The notes beneath the pieces are model-generated. The model saw only the letters and a program-made list of their open reading frames with translations. It was not told the origin of the DNA and did no database searches. The position numbers and the translations under genes were made by a program. A stretch of 37,175 bases of DNA, from NCBI GenBank assembly GCA_009911355.1, contig QXXE01000040.1, positions 1-37,175 of the forward strand, written 5' to 3'. Positions 32,255-37,175 of this stretch are shown here, one piece after another. How positions within the stretch are numbered: position 1 is the first letter of the stretch; every line of letters begins with the position of its first letter. Source of the DNA: Clostridiaceae bacterium. GTDB lineage: Bacteria > Bacillota > Clostridia > Oscillospirales > Butyricicoccaceae.

Positions 32255-32433
32255 CCAATTCCCAAGTTTTTTTGGAGGAATTACCAGAATTTGCAGCTTG
32301 CCCGCTTTGATTGGGTGCCCGCCTGCCTGCGGCGGGCGGTGTTTCGAGGCGGCGGGACACCCATAACCTGCACAATAATTTACCATAATATACACAGGAA
32401 AAAACACGAAAATACAGCCCGGAGGGTAAAAAT

Positions 32434-33641
32434 ATGACGATTTGCGGGATCATTGCGGAATATAACCCGTTCCATCTCGGGCACGCCTACCACCTTGCCG
32501 AGACCCGGCGCAGGCTTGGCGGGGACGCTGCGCTGGTGTGCGCAATGAGCGGCAATTTTGTCCAGCGCGGGGACTTCGCGATCGTGGACAAATATGAGCG
32601 CGCGGCGATGGCTGCTGAGGGCGGCGCAGACCTCGTTGCAGAGCTGCCGCTGCCTGCTGCGCTTTCTTCCGCCGAGGGCTTCGCCGCGGGCGGTGTAAGC
32701 TTGCTTGCTGCGCTTGGCTGCGGCTTGCTGTCCTTTGGCGCGGAATCGGGGAGGTGCAGCTTTTGCAGCGGGCGGCAGGGCTGATGGCGCAGGAGGGCTT
32801 CCAGCCGCTGGTTGCCGCTGCGCTGCGCGAGGGGATGAGCTACCCTGCCGCCGTCCAGCACGCCGCAGCGCAGCTCGACCCGCAGGCCGCTGCGCTGCTT
32901 TCTGAACCGAACAATACGCTCGGCATTGCCTATTGCGCGGCGATCCGGGGGACGGGCATCCGCCCGATGGCTGTGCCGCGTACTGGCGCGGGGCATGACA
33001 GTGAGGCTGCGCAGGATGGGTTTGCGTCGGCCTCTTACCTGCGCGCGCGCATGACGGAAGCGTTTCCCAAAGAGAACGCCCCATGCGACCCCGAATGGCG
33101 TGCGTATCTGCCGGAGCACGCTGCCGGACGGCTTTCCCAGGCGGTCCGCGAGGGGCGCGCGCCCATGCTTGCTGCGCACTGTGATACTGCGCTGCTTTCC
33201 CAGCTGCGGCGGCTGGGGCCTGACGGCCTGCGCGAATTCGCCGCCTCCTCAGACGGTTTTTGCAACCGTTTGCTGCACGCCATCCAGAAGGGCAACACTT
33301 TTGAGGAGACCTGCGCTGCCGCCCAGACCAGGCGGTACCCGCTGGCACGGGTGCGGCGGACGCTGCTGCGCGCGTACCTTGGCTTACCGGAAGCGCTGCC
33401 GGTCGGGGCGCAGTATATCCGCGTGCTTGCGCTTTCCCCGCGCGGCGCGGAGGTGCTGCGGCAGGCGCGTCTTCCGGTGATTGTAAAGCCTGCTGCTGAG
33501 CGGGGGCTCCCGGAGGGATTGCAGTCCGCCCTGCGGTGCGACGCGCTCGCCGACGCACTGTATGCGCTGGCTGCGCCCGCAGCGGGGCAGCGGACGGCGG
33601 GTGCGCGCTGGAAGCGGACGCCGTTTGTCCGGAAACCGTGA
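32434..33641 (+). pseudogene. tmcAL: tRNA(Met) cytidine acetate ligase TmcAL (YlbM/UPF0348), disrupted by a -1 frameshift in a G4 run
   Basis: N-terminal '[17 protein letters not shown]' and 'MSGNFVQRGDFAIVDKYERA'. The frame breaks at 32748-32751 ('tcggggagg'). One added G restores 'FGAESGEVQLLQRAAGLM'. Confidence 0.7.
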
Positions 33642-33644
33642 CTG

Positions 33645-33935
33645 CCCCTCTCGCCTGTGCGGCGGGCACCAGAGGGCTCTGCCCTCTGGACTCCCAGCAG
33701 GGCGCTGCCCTGCACCCGCTGGGGCTTACGCCCCAGACCCCGAGATGCTGTCGCATCTCTATGTCGCCTGCGGGCGGGACGGGGACTTCTGCCCGCCCTT
33801 CACGCTCCGTGACCCAGCCCGCCAGAACGGCGGCGGGCTGGTCGGTGTAGGTTATTTGATTGGTGGTTTCCCACTTAACGCTCAAAACGCACAAAAAGTC
33901 GCTGGCATTATGACACCAGCGACTTTTTTTAGCTT
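33645..33935. repeat. long-form GC-rich repeat element, complete, with terminator module at 33895-33932
   Basis: Collinear with 23135-23445, including 'gagatgctgtcgcatctc', 'cagcccgccagaacggcggcgggctgg' and 'gtcggtgtagg..attggtgg'. Confidence 0.8.
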
Positions 33936-34040
33936 CTCTTAGTTTTTTATTTCTCCTGCCCGGCAAAATAACCTTACGTTTTCACCCATCTGCACATTTT
34001 TTATGGGTGAAGAGTACGCGTTTTCGGTAATAGCGCACCT

Positions 34041-34160
34041 ATCCCCGCCGCAGCGGATAAAGGGATTCCAAAGGGGCTAGCCCCTTTGGCGCTCGCCGCG
34101 TAGGCGCGGGGTGCAGGGGCAGAGCCCCGCCGCTCGCCGCGTAGGCGCAGGGGCGGAGCA
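34041..34160. repeat. short-form repeat ('attccaaaggggctagcccctttggcgctcgccgcgtaggcgcgggg' with 'cgccgcgtaggcgc' duplicated)
   Basis: Family core palindrome. Confidence 0.7.
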
Positions 34161-34168
34161 GAAAAGAT

Positions 34169-34879
34169 TTAGCCCCAGTTTTCCGGCCTTTCTGCGTCGA
34201 CCGCGGCCTTTGCAGCCTGCATATAGGTGAACACCAGCCACAGCTGCACGGCTTCAATCACAACGCCGACAACCAGCATGACGTTTGCAGCCATGTCCAG
34301 CGTGTCAATCGCCGCGTACAGCGCCGCGTCGCCGCCAGTCAGCGCCCCAATCATCAGGAACACCGAGCCCGCAACCGCCGCAAAGGTGATGACCATGCTG
34401 ATGATCGAGATGTAGAAGCACCAGAGGATGCGCTTGGGCGGGTAATTGAGCTCCCGCAGCTCGCGCAGCTCCTCAAAGCCCGCGTAGGTCTGGTACTGCA
34501 CCATGAGCGCAAGCACGAGGATTACAATCGCCATAATCACCATCACCACAGAGAACAGCATGCTGCCGCCCAGCACAGAGGCAATCAGCGCGTCTGACGA
34601 AGAACCGGCGCTCGCCAGCGCCGAAACCAGCACCGCAACCGCCAAGATCGTCAGCACAACCGTCAGCCCGACGTAAATCCAGAAATACTTGAACGCTTTT
34701 GCAAAGTGCCGGTTTTCGTGCCGCAGGCGGTATACCGAAATGATGCTCATAACGCTCCCCACGATGGTCAGCAGGCTGCCAAGCCCGGACAGCGACTGAA
34801 TATTCGAGATCACCGAGCCGATCGCGGCAAGCGCAATGGCGATAAAAAACTGCTGGATTGCGGAATATACCTGTCTCAT
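34169..34879 (-). CDS. hypothetical polytopic membrane protein (about 6 TM)
   Basis: 236 aa, hydrophobic, no recognised motif. Lies downstream of floT on the same strand. Confidence 0.5.
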   Translation of the reverse strand: MRQVYSAIQQFFIAIALAAIGSVISNIQSLSGLGSLLTIVGSVMSIISVYRLRHENRHFAKAFKYFWIYVGLTVVLTILAVAVLVSALASAGSSSDALIASVLGGSMLFSVVMVIMAIVILVLALMVQYQTYAGFEELRELRELNYPPKRILWCFYISIISMVITFAAVAGSVFLMIGALTGGDAALYAAIDTLDMAANVMLVVGVVIEAVQLWLVFTYMQAAKAAVDAERPENWG

Positions 34880-34952
34880 AAATTAGTTCCTCCCTTTTTA
34901 CCTGTTTCAAATCGGTTTGCCCCTCAAAACCGGGGCGCGCCCATCGGGGCCG

Positions 34953-36356
34953 TTACGCTTCCGGCGCAGGTGCGGCGGGCGCAGCGGCGGGCTCTTCCTG
35001 CTTTTTGGCGAGCAGCTCGGGCAGCTGAAGCCCGGCCTGCTCAAACAGCTCGCCCATCGGCGGCACCGAGCGCAGCATTCCGGACAGGAAATCTGCGGTG
35101 CCAGTCCTGCCGTCGGCATTCTTGCCCGCGTCCCATACCGTGACCTTGTCGATCTTGATGTTCTTGATCGCTTCGACCTGGATGCGGGTCAGCGTTTCCA
35201 GCTTGTCGGCGATCATCAGCTTGACCGCAGCGTCAGGGTCGTTGCCCGCCGCCGTGACCAGGCTGCGGATGCCCTGCGCCTGCTGTTCCAGCTGCTCGCG
35301 CGCGCCGCGTGCTTCCGCTTCCATCTTCGCAAAGATGGCGTCTGCTTCGCCACGGGCACGGCGGCGGAGTACCTCGGCTTCGGCTTCCGCCTGGATTTCA
35401 GCCTGCTCCTTCGCAATCTGCGCCTTTACAATGATATCCGCTTTCTGGGTCGCGGTTTCCAGCTGGGCACGGGTCTCTTCGGCTTCCTGCTGGGCGATAT
35501 AGGCTTCCTGCTTGGCCTTTGCCGCCTGCACGGCTTCGGCCGCGGTCGCGATGCGCAGCGATTCAGCCTGCTTCTCGCGGCGGATAGCTTCCGACTGCGC
35601 AATTTCGATTTTCGCGGTGTTCTCGCCGTTGATGGCGCTTGCATCGGCGGCGGCTACGTTGATACGCTGGTCGCGGTGGGCGTTGGCCTGCCCGATCTCA
35701 CCGTCGCGGTTTTTCTCGGCGACGCTCTTTTTCGCGTCGTTGATCGCCTTTGCAGCGGCTTCCTTGCCCAGCGCGTCAATGTAGCCCGATTCGTCGTTGA
35801 TATCGGTCACGTTGACGTTGATGAGCCGTAAGCCGATCTTTTTCAGCTCGATTTCGACATTGTTCGATACCGCAACGAGGAATTTGTCGCGGTCGGTGTT
35901 GATTTCCTCAATGTCCATCGTCGCGATGACCAGGCGCAGCTGGCCGAAGATGATGTCCTTCGCGAGCTCCTGGATTTCGGACAGCTTGAGCCCGAGCAGG
36001 CGCTCGGCAGCGTTCTGCATTACGCCGGGCTCGGTGGAGATGCCGACCGTGAAGCGCGAGGGCACGTCGATACGGATATTCTGCTTGGAAAGCGCGTTTT
36101 TCAGGTCTACGCTGATCGAGATGGGGGTCAGGTCCATGTACTGGTAGGCTTGCAGGACGGGGACGATGAATGCCGCGCCGCCATGGATGCATTTTGCCGA
36201 GCGGGTCTTGCCGCTCGCGTCGGAACCGACCTTGCCATAAATGACGAGCACCTTGTCGGCAGGGCATTTGCGGTAGCGGGACAGGATTGTGATGAGCGCC
36301 GCGAGCAGCACGACCGCGCCGACGCAGATACCGATTAAGATTTGAATCTCAAACAT
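34953..36356 (-). CDS. floT: flotillin-like SPFH/band-7 protein (FloT/YuaG-type)
   Basis: 467 aa. N-terminal TM, SPFH domain, long Ala/Glu/Gln-rich coiled-coil 'EAQAEIQAEAEAE'. Confidence 0.8.
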   Translation of the reverse strand: MFEIQILIGICVGAVVLLAALITILSRYRKCPADKVLVIYGKVGSDASGKTRSAKCIHGGAAFIVPVLQAYQYMDLTPISISVDLKNALSKQNIRIDVPSRFTVGISTEPGVMQNAAERLLGLKLSEIQELAKDIIFGQLRLVIATMDIEEINTDRDKFLVAVSNNVEIELKKIGLRLINVNVTDINDESGYIDALGKEAAAKAINDAKKSVAEKNRDGEIGQANAHRDQRINVAAADASAINGENTAKIEIAQSEAIRREKQAESLRIATAAEAVQAAKAKQEAYIAQQEAEETRAQLETATQKADIIVKAQIAKEQAEIQAEAEAEVLRRRARGEADAIFAKMEAEARGAREQLEQQAQGIRSLVTAAGNDPDAAVKLMIADKLETLTRIQVEAIKNIKIDKVTVWDAGKNADGRTGTADFLSGMLRSVPPMGELFEQAGLQLPELLAKKQEEPAAAPAAPAPEA

Positions 36357-36435
36357 ACCGTTTCTCCTCCACTTTTTTATGATGTTTTTTCCATATATAG
36401 TCCGCTTGCGCGGGAGCTATCAGGGAGCCGGGCGG

Positions 36436-37092
36436 TCAGCCTTCGTCGCGTTCGACGACCAGCGTATCGCCGATTACGTCGATCACGCGGACGGGCGCGC
36501 CGGTTTCCAGCGGCTCGGCGGAGCGGGTGACCGCGGCGCACTCGACCAGGCTGCTTTGCACCTTGAGCATGACCTTGCCCGCGCCGCCGCCGTTTGCCGG
36601 TATGACAATATATACCTGGCCGCGTTCGCCGATGCCGTTTTTCAGGTCAATCGTGCCGTTTTCGGTCAGCCGCGAGGTGGCCTGCACCAGCTTGGCGATT
36701 GCGAGCATGGCTGCGGCCCCGAGCGCAATGCCGACGGCGATGCTGCCGGTTGGCGGCGCGCCCGATGAGATCGCGCCGATGGTCGACCAGCTGAACACGG
36801 TCAGGAACGCGACGATGCCTTGCAGGGTGAACACGCGGAATAGCGCGCCGTCCGAGTGGCTGCTGCCGTCGGTATAGTCGAGGTCGCTGAGGTCGGGCGC
36901 GTCAAAATCCGCGCCGCCCTCCGGCAGGTCGAGGTCGAGCCCCGAGGTATCACTGGGGTTCGCGCCTGCGCCGCCGTCCAGGCCGCCGAGCAGCGACATG
37001 AGGGTTTGGATCACAAGGATGAGCGTCGAGGGCGCGGCGATGCAATAAAGGATGCGGAGCGTTGCGGACAGGCTTTCCCACCAGGCAGTCAT
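36436..37092 (-). CDS. nfeD: NfeD-family membrane protein (YuaF-like), partner of flotillin
   Basis: 218 aa. N-terminal TM helices and a C-terminal OB-fold-like 'GERGQVYIVIPANGGGAGKVMLKVQ'. Upstream of floT as in yuaF-yuaG. aggaggggg RBS. Confidence 0.65.
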   Translation of the reverse strand: MTAWWESLSATLRILYCIAAPSTLILVIQTLMSLLGGLDGGAGANPSDTSGLDLDLPEGGADFDAPDLSDLDYTDGSSHSDGALFRVFTLQGIVAFLTVFSWSTIGAISSGAPPTGSIAVGIALGAAAMLAIAKLVQATSRLTENGTIDLKNGIGERGQVYIVIPANGGGAGKVMLKVQSSLVECAAVTRSAEPLETGAPVRVIDVIGDTLVVERDEG

Positions 37093-37175
37093 AATTTCCC
37101 CCTCCTATTACAATAAGAATTACGGTGAGAGGCACGGCAGCCAACCGTGTCTTTTTCCGCATTGTTGCCAAAGCT

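Noticed and set aside
32380-33966. 528-aa minus-strand ORF
   Set aside because: Antisense to tmcAL plus repeat element. Low-complexity Ala/Arg/Pro product.
34917-35831. 304-aa plus-strand ORF
   Set aside because: Antisense to the flotillin coiled-coil region. Leu/Arg-rich artefact.
1-37175. tRNA / rRNA genes
   Set aside because: I scanned every intergenic region for T-arm-like 'ggttcgaatcc'-type boxes or cloverleaf-sized GC-balanced units and saw none. All long non-coding stretches are accounted for by the repeat family.

Overview
This is a high-GC (about 60-65%) Firmicutes window, almost certainly from a spore-forming Clostridia (inferred from gpr-spoIIP and codon usage; I cannot name the taxon). 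Most of it is core genome.

- 0.2-9.7 kb (+): one long operon of Mrp/Mnh-type cation:proton antiporter genes. The order is Mbh-like (E-F-G-B'-B-C-D), then two more paralogous MrpD/NuoN-like genes, then a 680-aa NuoL/MrpA-like gene carrying a 200-aa C-terminal extension. That makes four antiporter-like subunits. A 300-bp gap inside the operon holds two tandem 18-bp palindromes.
- 9.9-13.8 kb: a DJ-1/PfpI gene, rpsT on the minus strand, then gpr and spoIIP as in Bacillus.
- 13.9-23.1 kb (+): the conserved rimP-nusA-ylxR-L7Ae-infB-rbfA-nrnA-truB-ribF operon. Its promoter is a clean TTGCAA-17-TATACT. The L7Ae protein has an unusual 115-aa basic tail. The infB-rbfA gap is enlarged.
- 23.1-26.3 kb: ribF is not followed by rpsO. 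Instead come a repeat element, an SDR oxidoreductase gene (-) and a DUF4317-like gene (+) whose C-terminus holds 4 x 39-bp tandem repeats.
- 26.3-30.6 kb: a lower-GC islet. It contains a structured tandem motif, four small hypothetical or membrane genes, a GNAT gene and a zinc-ribbon membrane gene. Next to it, a very AT-rich (about 33% GC) GIY-YIG nuclease gene lies on a 0.96-kb insertion that splits one copy of the window's dominant repeat element.
- 30.9-37.1 kb: ackA (-); a frameshifted tmcAL (+) with interlocked consensus promoters between it and ackA; a hypothetical membrane protein; and an nfeD-floT pair (-).

A modular GC-rich palindromic repeat family is dispersed through the window at 11 or more loci, often ending in a shared terminator hairpin.

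I found no CRISPR array, tRNA, rRNA, transposase or recognisable restriction-modification or defence module. The best candidates for something new are the GIY-YIG insertion in the repeat element plus the adjacent small-ORF islet, and the atypical four-antiporter-subunit Mrp complex. All family assignments come from motif recognition by eye, with no database search.
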